A stretch of 64,000 nucleotides of DNA, from contig CAWJSR010000015.1 of assembly GCA_963845515.1 (NCBI GenBank), positions 1 to 64,000 of the forward strand. The letters run 5' to 3'. Numbering within the stretch: position 1 is the stretch's first letter; every line of letters starts with the position of its first letter. This document shows positions 21,196 to 31,481 of this stretch, one piece after another. The position numbers and the translations under genes were made by a program. The stretch is from an uncultured delta proteobacterium (lineage in GTDB: Bacteria; Myxococcota; Myxococcia; Myxococcales; Anaeromyxobacteraceae). The notes below the pieces were generated by a model. That model had not been told where the DNA came from and did no database searches. It saw only the letters and a list, made by a program, of their open reading frames with translations.

Positions 21196-21615
21196 CTACT
21201 TCCGCTTCTCGGAGATCTCCTTCTCGAGCGTCGCGAGCCGCTCCGCCTCGGGGGCGGCCGTCTCCAGGGCCTTCGCGTCCTTGTCCGCGCCCTTGCCGGT
21301 GAGGTGCGCCTCGCCAGGCAGCATGCCGGGGGCCATCGTCGCCGCCAGCTCGCCCGCGCCGCCGCGGACCGCGCCGGCGAGCTTCTTGCCCGCCGCCTCG
21401 CCGCAGAGGACGAAGCCGATCATCGGGAGGAACATGAGGAAGAGGGCGCCGAGGATGGGAGTCAGCGCGAGCGCAGCGAAGGTCGGGATGGCGAGCCAGG
21501 TCCCCTTCTCGTTGGGGAGCCGCTCGCCGTCGCGGGCGACGGGGACGATGTTCATGGTCACCGGGTTGAAGTAGTACCCGCTCTTCACTGCCGCGTTGCT
21601 CTCGAACTTGGTCAT
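21196..21615 (-). CDS. Small hypothetical membrane protein, paralog 1
   Basis: VKSGYYFNP, PILGALFLMFLPMIGFVL, GAGELAATMAPGMLPGEAHLTGK, EISEKRK. Confidence 0.8.
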   Translation of the reverse strand: MTKFESNAAVKSGYYFNPVTMNIVPVARDGERLPNEKGTWLAIPTFAALALTPILGALFLMFLPMIGFVLCGEAAGKKLAGAVRGGAGELAATMAPGMLPGEAHLTGKGADKDAKALETAAPEAERLATLEKEISEKRK

Positions 21616-21846
21616 GGTGTCTGTGTCCCTTTCTTGATTCGACTCTCTCGCAACCCCAGGCGCGCCGATATTGGGAGGAGTCAGGGATCGCGCCGCTTTG
21701 ATTCCCTACGCGGCCTCCGGAAAACTCCCTAGACGGCAGGGCGCAGGGGCCGGACCCGGAAATGCGGCGTGACTCCGCCTACTTGCGCGTCACCGCCCGG
21801 AGGCTGCATTGCGCCGCACCCCTCCGGCTGTTAGATCCGCCCGCCC

Positions 21847-23268
21847 GTGATCACTCGCGTCTACATGCACACGCTCGGCTGCCCGAAGAACCGCGTGGAC
21901 AGCGAGGTGATGCTCGGCACCCTCGTCGAGTCCGGCTTCCGCTTCGAGGCCGATCCGGCGAAGGCCGACGTCATCGTCGTCAACACCTGCGGCTTCATCG
22001 GCGACGCGAAGGAGGAGTCGGTCGAGGCGATCGTCGAGCTCGCGGCGCAGAAGACGTCGGGGCGCTGCAAGAAGCTGGTCGTCGCCGGCTGCCTCGTGCA
22101 GCGCCACGGGGAGGAGCTGGCCAGGGCGCTCCCCGAGGTGGACCACTTCCTCGGCACCGGCGCGTACGGGGAGATCTCGAGGGTGGTGCGCGACGCGCAC
22201 GCGAAGCGGCTCGTGATCCCGGATCCGGACTTCGTCCAGTCCGCCGGCAGCCCGCGGATCAACTCGATGCCCTCGCACACCGCCTACCTGAAGGTCAGCG
22301 AGGGCTGCGACCGGACCTGCGCCTTCTGCATCATCCCGAAGCTGCGCGGCCCCCAGCGGTCGCGTCCGGTGGCCGACGTCGTGGAGGAGGCCGAGCGGCT
22401 CGCCTCCCAGGGGACGATCGAGCTGTCGCTCGTCGCGCAGGACCTGACCGCGTACGGCGAGGATCTGCCCGGCAGGGTCAGGCTCCACGATCTCCTCCCG
22501 AGGCTGGCCGCCGTGGAGGGGATCCGGTGGCTCCGGCTCCACTACGCCTACCCGCGCAACTTCCCGGACGCGCTCGTCGACGTGATCGCGTCCGAGCCGA
22601 AGATCGTGAAGTACCTCGACATGCCGGTGCAGCACTCGGCCGAGCGGCTGCTCCGGGCGATGCGGCGTGGCGGCTCGGCGAAGTCGATGCTGGCGCTCCT
22701 CGAGAAGCTGCGCAGGCGCATCCCCGGCCTCGTGCTCCGCACCTCGCTCATCGTGGGGCTGCCCGGCGAGACCGAGGCCGACTTCCGCGGCCTCCTCTCC
22801 TTCGTGAAGGAGCAGGAGTTCGAGCGGCTCGGCGTCTTCGAGTTCTCGCCCGAGGAGGGGACGGCCGCAGCCGCGATGAAGGGACAGGTCGCCGCGAAGG
22901 TGAAGCGCTCCCGGTTCGACCGGATCATGCGGGCGCAGCGGGCGATCTCCCGCAAGCAGCAGCGGGCGATGATCGGGCGCCGCGTCGAGGTCCTGGTCGA
23001 GGGGCGCGCGGAGGAGACCGAGCACCTGCTCGCCGGCCGCCACGCCCAGCAGGCGCCGGAGATCGACGGGATCACCTACATCAACGACGGCGTCGCCTGG
23101 CCCGGCGAGCTGGTCACGGTCGAGGTGACCGAGGCGATGGACTACGACGTCGTCGGCCGGGTCGTCGCGCGCGATCCCGAGCGGTCGGCGCGGCGGCTCC
23201 CGAAGGCGGCGGCGCCGAAGCTCGTCGTCGAGCCGCCACGGCAGCGCGGCCTGCCCATCGTCGGTTAG
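21847..23268 (+). CDS. rimO: Ribosomal protein S12 methylthiotransferase
   Basis: [48 protein letters not shown] domain. Confidence 0.97.
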   Translation: MITRVYMHTLGCPKNRVDSEVMLGTLVESGFRFEADPAKADVIVVNTCGFIGDAKEESVEAIVELAAQKTSGRCKKLVVAGCLVQRHGEELARALPEVDHFLGTGAYGEISRVVRDAHAKRLVIPDPDFVQSAGSPRINSMPSHTAYLKVSEGCDRTCAFCIIPKLRGPQRSRPVADVVEEAERLASQGTIELSLVAQDLTAYGEDLPGRVRLHDLLPRLAAVEGIRWLRLHYAYPRNFPDALVDVIASEPKIVKYLDMPVQHSAERLLRAMRRGGSAKSMLALLEKLRRRIPGLVLRTSLIVGLPGETEADFRGLLSFVKEQEFERLGVFEFSPEEGTAAAAMKGQVAAKVKRSRFDRIMRAQRAISRKQQRAMIGRRVEVLVEGRAEETEHLLAGRHAQQAPEIDGITYINDGVAWPGELVTVEVTEAMDYDVVGRVVARDPERSARRLPKAAAPKLVVEPPRQRGLPIVG

Positions 23269-23355
23269 CGCGCACCCGGCCGCAGCGCGCTTCGGCTCGC
23301 TGGCGGGACCGCCGTGGCATACTCCGCCGCCGGGCCGCTCCGGCCGGGAGCCCAC

Positions 23356-24210
23356 ATGACCGAGTCCGAAGCGAGATCGATCGTCGAGTCCGAGGCCGCC
23401 TCCAGCGGCGCGCGCGTCCTGTGGTGGGGGCGCCCCGCCGCCGGGCGGCTGGCGCTCCAGTCGCTGCCAGTCGCAATCTTCGGGATCTCCTTCGGCGGCT
23501 TCGCAGCCTTCTGGATCTGGGGCGCGGCGGGGGGGCTCTCGGGCGGCGCTCGTCTCCAGGGCGGAATGATGCTCTTCCCGCTCTTCGGGCTGCCGTTCCT
23601 CCTGATCGGCCTCGGCATGATCCTCTCGCCGCTCTTCGCGGCCCTGGGCGCCTGGCGCACCCTCTACGCGGTCACCGACACCGGGATCCTGATCGTCCGC
23701 GCGGGGCGGTGGCGGCGCGTCGAGCGCCATCCTCTCCCGCGCGACGGAGAGCTGCAGCGCACCGAGCGGGCCGACGGGCGTGGCGACCTCGTCGTCGGAC
23801 GCGTCGTGACCACGGGCTCGAAGGGGCGCACCCTGGAGCGGGCGATCACGTTCGTGGGGATCCCCGACGTGCGCGGCGTGGAGCGGATCGTCGGCGACGC
23901 CGCTCGCGGCAGGCCCGACTCGGGCGACGAGTACCAGCCGCCCTCGACCCCGGCTCCGGCCGTGTCATCGCCCGGCGCCGCGGCGCCGGCACAGCCGTTC
24001 GGCCACCGCCATCCCGGCGGATCGCCTCAACCGTACCGGGTCGACGAACCCCGTCGCCTCCCGGCGGCCCTGGTCGCCGTCGTCGCCTTCGCCATCGGGT
24101 TCGGCGCGGCGCTGGCGCTCGCGAGAGCCGGCCGGCTGCCCATCGGTGATGGGTCGTCCGCGGCCCCGCCGGCTCCATGCGCGGAGACCGGCGTCGAGTC
24201 CGGACGCTGA
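23356..24210 (+). CDS. Hypothetical membrane protein (two TM helices plus YAVTD-type domain)
   Basis: GGGAG RBS; VLWWGRP, two hydrophobic helices, TLYAVTD...DGRGDL...FVGIPDV, C-terminal hydrophobic helix. Confidence 0.65.
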   Translation: MTESEARSIVESEAASSGARVLWWGRPAAGRLALQSLPVAIFGISFGGFAAFWIWGAAGGLSGGARLQGGMMLFPLFGLPFLLIGLGMILSPLFAALGAWRTLYAVTDTGILIVRAGRWRRVERHPLPRDGELQRTERADGRGDLVVGRVVTTGSKGRTLERAITFVGIPDVRGVERIVGDAARGRPDSGDEYQPPSTPAPAVSSPGAAAPAQPFGHRHPGGSPQPYRVDEPRRLPAALVAVVAFAIGFGAALALARAGRLPIGDGSSAAPPAPCAETGVESGR

Positions 24211-24332
24211 CGAGCGCGCTCCTGCCACCCCGTTGGGGGCTCGCGTCACTGTTGACCCTCTCCGTCGCCTATGTCCCAATCGGCCGCTCGCAAAACTTTC
24301 CCAAACCCCGCTTCGAACCGCAGGAGCCCCCG

Positions 24333-25655
24333 ATGAGCAACGCCCCCCTCAACCCGCTCGCCCAGGCCGCCAACGACGCGCTCCAGAAGGACTGCCCCGT
24401 CGTCCTCGACATGCTGAGCGCGCGCGGCAAGCGCTTCTTCTTCCCTGCCAAGGGGATCCTCGCGCAGGGGGCCGAGGCGAAGCAGAAGGCGAAGACGGCG
24501 AACGCGACCGTCGGCATCGCGACCGAGAACGGCGCGCCGATGCACCTGCAGGTCATCAACAAGTACTTCACCGGCCTCACCCCGTCGGAGGTCTTCGACT
24601 ACGCGCCCAGCTACGGCAAGCCCGAGCTCCGGACCGCCTGGGCGAAGAAGCAGCGCGCCGAGATGCCGAACCTCGGCGAGCACCTGATCTCGAACCCGGT
24701 CGCGACCAACGCGCTGACGCACGGCCTCGGGCTCGTCGGCGACCTCTTCATCGATCCCGGCACGGCGCTGCTCTCGTCCGAGCTGCTGTGGGAGAACTAC
24801 AACCTCAACTGGGAGACCAGGCTCGAGGGGAAGTTCGACTACTACTCCTTCTTCGACGACAAGCTGACCGGCTTCAACGTCAAGGGGTTCGCCGAGGCCC
24901 TCGCGAAGCACCGCGGCAAGAAGCTGGTCGTCTCGCTCAACTTCCCGAACAACCCGTCCGGCTACACGCCGACCAGGGACGAGGCGAAGGCGATCGCCGA
25001 CGCGCTCACCGCCGAGGCCGAGCAGGGGACGAAGCTCGTCGTCTGCGTCGACGACGCCTACTACGGGATGTTCTTCGACGACGCCTGCGAGACCGAGTCG
25101 CTCTTCGCCCGCCTCGCGAAGGCGTCCAACAACCTCCTCGCCATCAAGGTCGACGGCGCCACCAAGGAGGAGTTCGTCTGGGGCCTCCGCGTCGGCTTCG
25201 TCACCTTCGGCATCAAGAACGGGACGGCCGCAGTCTACAAGGCGCTCGAGGACAAGACCGCGGGCATCATCCGCTCCTACGTCTCGAACATCTCGCAGCC
25301 CGGCCAGTCGGTCGTCCTCAAGGCGATCAACGACCCCGACTTCCGCAAGCAGCAGGCGGAGAAGGTGGCCGTCCTCCGCGCCCGCGCCGCGGTGACCGCG
25401 AAGGAGTGCCGCAAGGCCGAGTACGCCGACTGCTGGGACGTGTACCCGTTCAACTCGGGCTACTTCATGTGCCTCAGGCTGAAGGGGGCCGACGCGGACA
25501 CGGTCCGCGTCCGGCTGCTCGACGACCACGGCGTCGGCACGATCGCGCTCGGCAAGAGCGAGCTGCGGATCGCGTTCTCCTGCCTCACCGAGGCGCAGAT
25601 CCCGGTGGTCTTCGAGGGTGCGGCGAAGGCGGTCCGTTCGGTGCGCGGCAAGTAA
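24333..25655 (+). CDS. PLP-dependent aminotransferase, class I/II
   Basis: AGGAG RBS; NFPNNPSGYT, DDAYY, DGATKEEFVWGLRVGF (PLP Lys), LRIAFS. Confidence 0.9.
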   Translation: MSNAPLNPLAQAANDALQKDCPVVLDMLSARGKRFFFPAKGILAQGAEAKQKAKTANATVGIATENGAPMHLQVINKYFTGLTPSEVFDYAPSYGKPELRTAWAKKQRAEMPNLGEHLISNPVATNALTHGLGLVGDLFIDPGTALLSSELLWENYNLNWETRLEGKFDYYSFFDDKLTGFNVKGFAEALAKHRGKKLVVSLNFPNNPSGYTPTRDEAKAIADALTAEAEQGTKLVVCVDDAYYGMFFDDACETESLFARLAKASNNLLAIKVDGATKEEFVWGLRVGFVTFGIKNGTAAVYKALEDKTAGIIRSYVSNISQPGQSVVLKAINDPDFRKQQAEKVAVLRARAAVTAKECRKAEYADCWDVYPFNSGYFMCLRLKGADADTVRVRLLDDHGVGTIALGKSELRIAFSCLTEAQIPVVFEGAAKAVRSVRGK

Positions 25656-25680
25656 CGCTCCAGGCGACGGTGTTCGACGG

Positions 25681-25708
25681 GAGGGGTGCGCGTCGTCGCG
25701 CACCCCTC
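25681..25708 (+). terminator. Hairpin downstream of the aminotransferase
   Basis: GAGGGGTGCGCG-tcgt-CGCGCACCCCTC, 12-bp perfect stem. Confidence 0.6.
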
Positions 25709-25802
25709 TCGCATTTGGGTCGCTCAAGGGATTGGCTCGATCCGGGACAAGCGTTAGGTATCGTGACGCATCCAGTCACGCGCAGCCCGAGGTGATCGAA
25801 GA

Positions 25803-26003
25803 ATGTCCTGCTCGCACGTCTCCAGCTGTCCCCTCTTTTCGCTCTTCACGCTCAAGGCCTCGCTCTCGGTCTGGCAGATCCACTACTGCAACGGCCAGTT
25901 CGAGACCTGCGAGCGGCTGAAGCTCGCGAGGCAGGGGCAGCGCGTCCCGCCAAACCTGCTCCCGAACGGCAAGTCGCTCGATCCGGCCGTCCTCAAGCGC
26001 TGA
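25803..26003 (+). CDS. Small Cys-rich protein (66 aa)
   Basis: GAGGTG RBS; C-x5-CPLF...YCxGxFxxCxR...VPxNLLPNG; host-like codon usage. Confidence 0.7.
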   Translation: MSCSHVSSCPLFSLFTLKASLSVWQIHYCNGQFETCERLKLARQGQRVPPNLLPNGKSLDPAVLKR

Positions 26004-26016
26004 GCAACTGGAGATC

Positions 26017-26679
26017 GTGATGACCAGCTACTGGCCGTTCTGGGTCGCGGCGCCGGCGCTCGCCGCGCTCACGGTGGGCTACTGGATCGCCCTGCGCAGG
26101 CCGCTCGGCGTCTCCGGTGTCCTGGCCCGCTTCTCCCGCGTTCGCGAGGAGGCCGAGGTCGATCGCGGCTTCGACGCGCTGCAGGCGGATTCAGCCGAGC
26201 TCGAAGCAGCGCTCGCTGCCATGACCGCCGAGGCGTTCGGGCTGCCGCCTCCGTCGGAGCCTGCGCCGGCCGAGGCTGCCTCCTCGTCGCTCTCAGACGC
26301 CGCCATCGCGGCGCCGTCCATGACAGAGCCGCCGGCCGGGCGTACCTGCGCCCCCACGCCGCCCCTCGCCGTGCATGCGGTGTTCCTCGTTGCCATCGCG
26401 CTGGGTGGCCTGCTCGCCTCCCTGCTGCGCGGCTCCTTCGGCGCGACGGCCGGGATGGGCGAGACCTTCTCTCGCCTGGTCACCGCGGGACCGGGCGGCC
26501 TCGCCGCCCTCGCCGGCGGCGGCCTCCTCGTCGGCTTCGGGTCCGCCCTCTGCGGCGGCTGCACCGCCGGCCACGGCCTCACGGGCTGCGGCCGGCTAAT
26601 GCCTGGCAGCCTCGTCTCGACGGTGGTCTTCTTCGCCGCCGCGGTCGGCGTCTCCTTCCTGATCGCGGGGATCGCATGA
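26017..26679 (+). CDS. YeeE/YedE sulfur-compound transporter half, with long acidic Ala/Pro insertion
   Basis: PLGVSG; GGLLVGFGSALCGGCTAGHGLTG (GCTxGH motif). Confidence 0.85.
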   Translation: MMTSYWPFWVAAPALAALTVGYWIALRRPLGVSGVLARFSRVREEAEVDRGFDALQADSAELEAALAAMTAEAFGLPPPSEPAPAEAASSSLSDAAIAAPSMTEPPAGRTCAPTPPLAVHAVFLVAIALGGLLASLLRGSFGATAGMGETFSRLVTAGPGGLAALAGGGLLVGFGSALCGGCTAGHGLTGCGRLMPGSLVSTVVFFAAAVGVSFLIAGIA

Positions 26680-27098
26680 TCGGCGCGAGGCGGCGCAGCT
26701 ACCTCCTCCCGGCCGCGCTGGGGCTCGCGCTGGGCTTCGCCATCTCCGCCTCCGGACTCTCCGACTGGGGCGAGCTGCACCGGATGTTCACCTTCCAGGA
26801 CCCCCGGCTGCTCCTCTCCTTCGGCGGCGCGGTGGCCCTCTCGGTCGGCGGCTTCCTGCTCCTGGCGCGGCGCGACCAGCTCCCGCCCAAGCACGTCGTC
26901 GCGGGCACGGTGCCTGGGGCGCTCCTCTTCGGCGCCGGCTGGGCCATCGCCGGCGCCTGCCCGGGCGCCGCGCTCGTCCAGATCGGCGAGGGGAAATGGG
27001 CGGCGCTAGTCACGCTCGGAGGCATCCTCGCTGGCGCCTGGCTCCACGACCGGCTGCGGAAGCGCTTCGGCTGGGCTCGCCACTCCTGCATCGACTGA
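26676..27098 (+). CDS. YeeE/YedE (DUF6691-like) transporter partner half
   Basis: GALLFGAGWAIAGACPGAAL; ATGA overlap with the previous gene. Confidence 0.85.
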   Translation: MIGARRRSYLLPAALGLALGFAISASGLSDWGELHRMFTFQDPRLLLSFGGAVALSVGGFLLLARRDQLPPKHVVAGTVPGALLFGAGWAIAGACPGAALVQIGEGKWAALVTLGGILAGAWLHDRLRKRFGWARHSCID

Positions 27099-27113
27099 CC
27101 GTGACGGCGGCGG

Positions 27114-28022
27114 CTACCGCCCCAGCGCCAGCAGCGCGTGCAGCATCCGAACGCGCACCATCTCGACGCCCCGCGCCGCCGCGCGCTCCAGCGGGACGGC
27201 GTAGATCGACCCCAGCTCCAGCCTGCGCCCCTCCTCGCGGTCGATCATCATGCTCGGCTTGTAGGCGCCGAGCCCCACGGTCTGCTCGACCATCGCCGCG
27301 ACGCACGCGTCGCGGTCGATCGGCTCCGTGAACCCCTGCGCGTTCGCGCCGGCGATCACCTCGTGCATCAGCGCGATCACCTCGCCGCGGGTCGGCGCGT
27401 GATCCATCAGCCGGTCGGTGGTCTGGCCGGTGAGCGCGCAGAGCCCGTTGTAGGGAATGTTCCAGACCAGCTTCTCCCAGCGCGCCCGGAGGAGCTCCGC
27501 GACCGGCTCGCACCTCACGCCCGCCGCCGAGAAGACTCCGGCCACCGCCCGTGCCCGATCGGTGAGGCCACCCTGCAGCTCCCCGAGCCGGATCTGTCCC
27601 TTGCCAAGGTGGTGGACCGTGCCGGGCTCGCCCCGGTTCGCGCCGAGGAACGCGACGCCGCCGAGGACCCGGTCGGCGCCGAACGCCTCGGCGAGCAGCT
27701 CCTCGTTGCCGAGGCCGTTCTGGAGCGTGAGGACCGCGGCGCTCCCGCGCATGAGCGGGCGGCACAGCTCGACGAGCCGGTCGTTGTCGAAGGTCTTGAG
27801 CCCGACGACGACCAGATCGACCTCGCCCATCTCCTCGGACCGGCGGAAGGCCTGCACCTCTTCGAGACGGAAGTCGCCGTCGGGCGACGTGACGGTCAGG
27901 CCGCCGCTCGAGACCGCGTCGTAGTCGCGCCGCAGCAGGAAGCGGACGTCGTTGCCGGCGCGCTGCAGCAGCGCCCCGTAGTAGAGGCCGAGGGCCCCCG
28001 AACCGATGACCGCGATGCGCAT
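27114..28022 (-). CDS. panE: 2-dehydropantoate 2-reductase family protein
   Basis: IGSGALG, GLKT, LQNGLG, WEKLVWNIPYN, KPSMMID...LE. Confidence 0.85.
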   Translation of the reverse strand: MRIAVIGSGALGLYYGALLQRAGNDVRFLLRRDYDAVSSGGLTVTSPDGDFRLEEVQAFRRSEEMGEVDLVVVGLKTFDNDRLVELCRPLMRGSAAVLTLQNGLGNEELLAEAFGADRVLGGVAFLGANRGEPGTVHHLGKGQIRLGELQGGLTDRARAVAGVFSAAGVRCEPVAELLRARWEKLVWNIPYNGLCALTGQTTDRLMDHAPTRGEVIALMHEVIAGANAQGFTEPIDRDACVAAMVEQTVGLGAYKPSMMIDREEGRRLELGSIYAVPLERAAARGVEMVRVRMLHALLALGR

Positions 28023-28108
28023 GAGGAAGCCTCCGTTCCGCGGATCTTAACCACGGAACGGAGGCTTCTTCACGCTCGCGTCAGCGCGTCATGCGCGCGC
28101 CGGCCGCG

Positions 28109-31100
28109 TCACCAGACTTCCAGTGAGAAGGCCGTGATGGATCCCGTGTCCGACGAGTAGGAGTCCACGGCCTTGAGCTGCCACGTTCCGTTGGCGTCCT
28201 GACCTGCTACCGCCGAGAGCGCTTGGGCCGGCCGGAACAACCCGGTGAACGGCGCACTTCCGTAAGAGATCGAGGTCGTGGCCGCGTCGTCGAACATCGT
28301 GTCGGCGAAGTCGTTCGCGCTGCCCCCGACGTACTGCGCGAGGATGACCTGCGTACCCGTCGGCGAGATGAGGGTCAGGGTGAGGTCGCTGTCGTAGGTG
28401 TGCGTCACCGAGAGCCTCACAGTCACCTTGGTGATCGACGTCGCCCCGCCCGAGACCACCAGCGAGGAGGTCACGCCCGTGTAGTTGCCGTCGGGGATGG
28501 CCTTCGGCACGTCGGTGCTCGTGTACACGTGCCTGGGGGCCGCGGTGAGCACGTACCCTGCGCCCGCGCTCGACACCGTCGAGACGCGTATATGGAGCGT
28601 CCCACTCAGGGGGACCATCGCGAGGCACGAGCCGCTGGCGCTCGCCACCGTGACGGTGCAGAGATTGCCCGCAGCGTAGTTGCCGTCGTCGTCGACGGTC
28701 AGGGTGACGCCGGCGCTGAGCCCCGCCACGCCCACCGAGACGAAGCTGCCGTTGGTCGCGGTGACGACGTAGTAGCTCGACGAGGAGGGACCGACCTGCC
28801 CGGCCCAGGGGGTGCCCAGCGTCAGCGCGACGGGCGTGGGCGTTCCTTCCGAGACGCCCACCTCGTCGTCCGCGTTCGTCCCCGTGACAATCAGCGCCTG
28901 GAGGGCGTTGTAGATGGAGTCCCCGCCGGTCGTCTTGCCAAGGGTGATCTTGAAGGGCCGGGCCCCGTCCAGCTCGCCATCCTGCTGACCCGTCACGGTC
29001 ACGGTCTTTGGCTGGTTCCAGTCCGAGCCCGTGAAGCTCAGCGACAGGCTGACGGCCTGGGAGCCTCCGGACGAGAGCAGGGCCTCGCTGTCGTCGTCGA
29101 CGCTGATCGGGATCGTGACGGTCCCCATGGGGATGCTGGCGAGCGAGACGGTGAAGGTGGCCGTCCCGCCCGCCTCGGTCGTCGAGACGCTGGCTGGGCT
29201 GACCAGGACCTGCGAGGCGTCCTGGTCCGCGCTCTGGACGCTGACGGACTTCTGCAGCGAGGCCGTCGAAAGGGGTCCCCGCGGCGGCCGCCGTCGGTCC
29301 GACCGTCACGCCGACGCTGAAGTCACCGTCGTCGATGTGGTCCGCGACGCTCTGCACCTGGACTGTCTGCGCCGTGGACCAGTTGACCGTGGTGAAGGTG
29401 AGGTTCAGCGACTGGACGAAGAGCCCGCCCGAGCCACCGCCGGCGACCAGGACCTCGTCGGTGGTCCCCACCGACACCGGGACCGTCACGGTCGTCTCCG
29501 GCTTCACGTTCAGCGCCACCGTGAAGGTCTTCACGGCCCCGCCCTCGTAGGCCCAGAGGCTCGTCGGCGTGACGGTGAAGCCGGCGACGTCGGTGTCGAC
29601 GTTCGTCGCGTCGACGACCTGCGCCGCGACGCCTGAGTAGGCCGCGTCACCCGTGGGGGCGCCCACCGTGATCGAGTAGGGCTGGTTGCCGTCCGCGGTC
29701 GTGTCGGGCTGGCCGATGACGGTCACGGTCTGGGTGTCCTGCCAGTTGGCCGCGGTGAAGCGCACGTTGAGCGTCGCGAGCGGGGTCGCGGGGGACTCGC
29801 CGCCCTGCACGAGCGCCTCGGTGACGTCGCTGACGGTGATCGGAACCAGGAGGTCGGCCGCCGGGAGCTTGTTGATCGCGACCGTGAAGGTCGCGGTCCG
29901 CGTCCCGGTCTCGCGCGTCTGGAGCGGCGTGCCCCCCACGGCCGGGACGATGACGGCGGCCGTATCGTTGTCCGTGTTGAGGACGTGGACGGCCTGCGCG
30001 GCCAGCGACGCGTAGAGCGCGTCGCCCGTCGCCTTCCCCACGGTGACGTCGTACGCGACGTTGTCGCTCGGGACCGGCGTGCCGGCCTCGTCCTGGCCGG
30101 TGATCGTGACGGTCTGCGCCGCGTTCCAGTCGTCCTTCGTGAAGGTGAGGTTGACCGTCGCGAGCCCGTTCTGGGCGCCGCTCGAGAGCCGCCCCTCGGC
30201 GGGGTTCCCGCTCGTCACTGGCACCGTCACGCTGGACGCCGGCTCGGTGTTCAGCTTCACCGTGAAGGTCGCAATCGTCCCGTTCTCCGACGTGACGAGC
30301 GTCGGCGCGCCGGCCGCCACCGTGATCCCGGCGGTGTCGTCGTCCTCGTTGGTGACGGAGACGGACTTCGAGAGGAGCGCCGCGTACTCGGAGGCGCCCG
30401 ACGGTGCGGCCTACCGTCACGGCATAGGTCTGGTTGCCGTCGTCGACCGCGTCGCTGACGCCGTGGACGTAGACCGTCTGGGCCGTGCTCCAGTTGGTGG
30501 TGGTGAAGGAGAGGCTCAGTGTCGCGAGCTTCTCCGTCACCGACGTCCCCACCAGCCCCTCGGAGATGTCGCTGGAGGTGACTGGGATGGTCACCGCCGC
30601 CGTCGGCTGCTTGTTGAGCCGAACCGTGAAGGTGTCCTGCGTCGGCGTCTCCTGAGTCGTCGCCTGCGTCTTGCTGACGGTGAAGCCGGGGATGTCGTCG
30701 TCGGCGTTGATCACCGAGATCGTTCTGTCGGGGATCGTCAGGTAGACCGTGTCGGTCGTCGCGCCGACCGACACTGTGATCGTGTAGGTCTGGTCACCGT
30801 CGGTCGTCGTGTCGTTCCTGGGCACGACCGCGACCACCTGGGGCGTGTTCCAGTTGGTGGCGGTGAACGTTAGGGTCGCCCAGCTGCTGTCGTAGGCGCT
30901 CCCGGGTCCCCGGAGGTACCCCTCGTCCCCGGTCACGACCAGGTCCACCGCCACGCTCGCCGTGGGAGCCGTGTTGAGCGCCACGGTGAACTCCACGTTC
31001 GGGCCGCCCTCTGAGGTGTTGATGGCCGTGGCGCTCAGCGCGACGCCCGCATAGACACCACCCCCGGAGCGGCTGGGTTCGCACCCGGCGAGCATGGCGG

Positions 31101-31191
31101 CGGCGAGCAGCACCGTGGCCAGCGGAAGGACTGCTCTGACTGCGCGGCGGCTCGCGCCGCGCGGCGTGGCGCTTGCGACATTGCGGGACAT
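28109..31191 (-). CDS. Large surface lipoprotein B: Calx-beta-like repeats plus C-terminal proprotein-convertase P domain (frameshifts near 30410 and 29252)
   Basis: Lipobox LAGC; six TxExG...FTVxLNxxP...LTFTxxNWxxxQTV...DxxxDG repeats; HTYDSDLTLTLISPTG...NGTWQL P-domain. Assembled from ORFs 29647-31191, 28089-30320 and 28109-29128. Confidence 0.8.
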
Positions 31192-31361
31192 GGTGGCTCT
31201 CCAGACGTTGCGGGCGGGCCGGCCCCCACGGCCAGCCCGCGACGAAGGCGTCCGGGCATATTAGCGGAGCGTGTACGGGACGCGACGTGAATCCGGGCGC
31301 CGGCCAGCGTCACCGTGTAGGCGGCTGTGATTTGACGCACCTCGCCGTGCGCCGGATCACC
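31189..31361 (-). promoter_or_regulatory. Duplicated upstream region, copy B
   Basis: 31301-31361 matches 34683-34743 at 58 of 61 nt and similarity extends to the ATG; contains TAATAT and a GTGC-N6-TCACA element. Confidence 0.75.
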
Positions 31362-31396
31362 CGAGGTCTCGGGGCCGAGCGACGGGACGGGCAGCG

Positions 31397-31445
31397 ACGG
31401 AGAGTGCGGGTGCGACCGGCCGGCGATCAACGCCCTGGTCGTGAG
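31397..31445 (-). repeat. Remnant copy of the 3' end of the serine protease gene
   Basis: Matches 36253-36301 at 46 of 49 nt (encodes IAGRSHPHSP). Confidence 0.85.
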
Positions 31446-31481
31446 AGCGGCGACGCGCGCGCCAGCCTCCCTGACGCGCGC

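Noticed and set aside
21762..24149. Long Arg/Pro/Gly-rich alternative-frame ORFs here and throughout the window
   Set aside because: Typical high-GC shadow ORFs overlapping well-supported genes, with no recognisable motifs.
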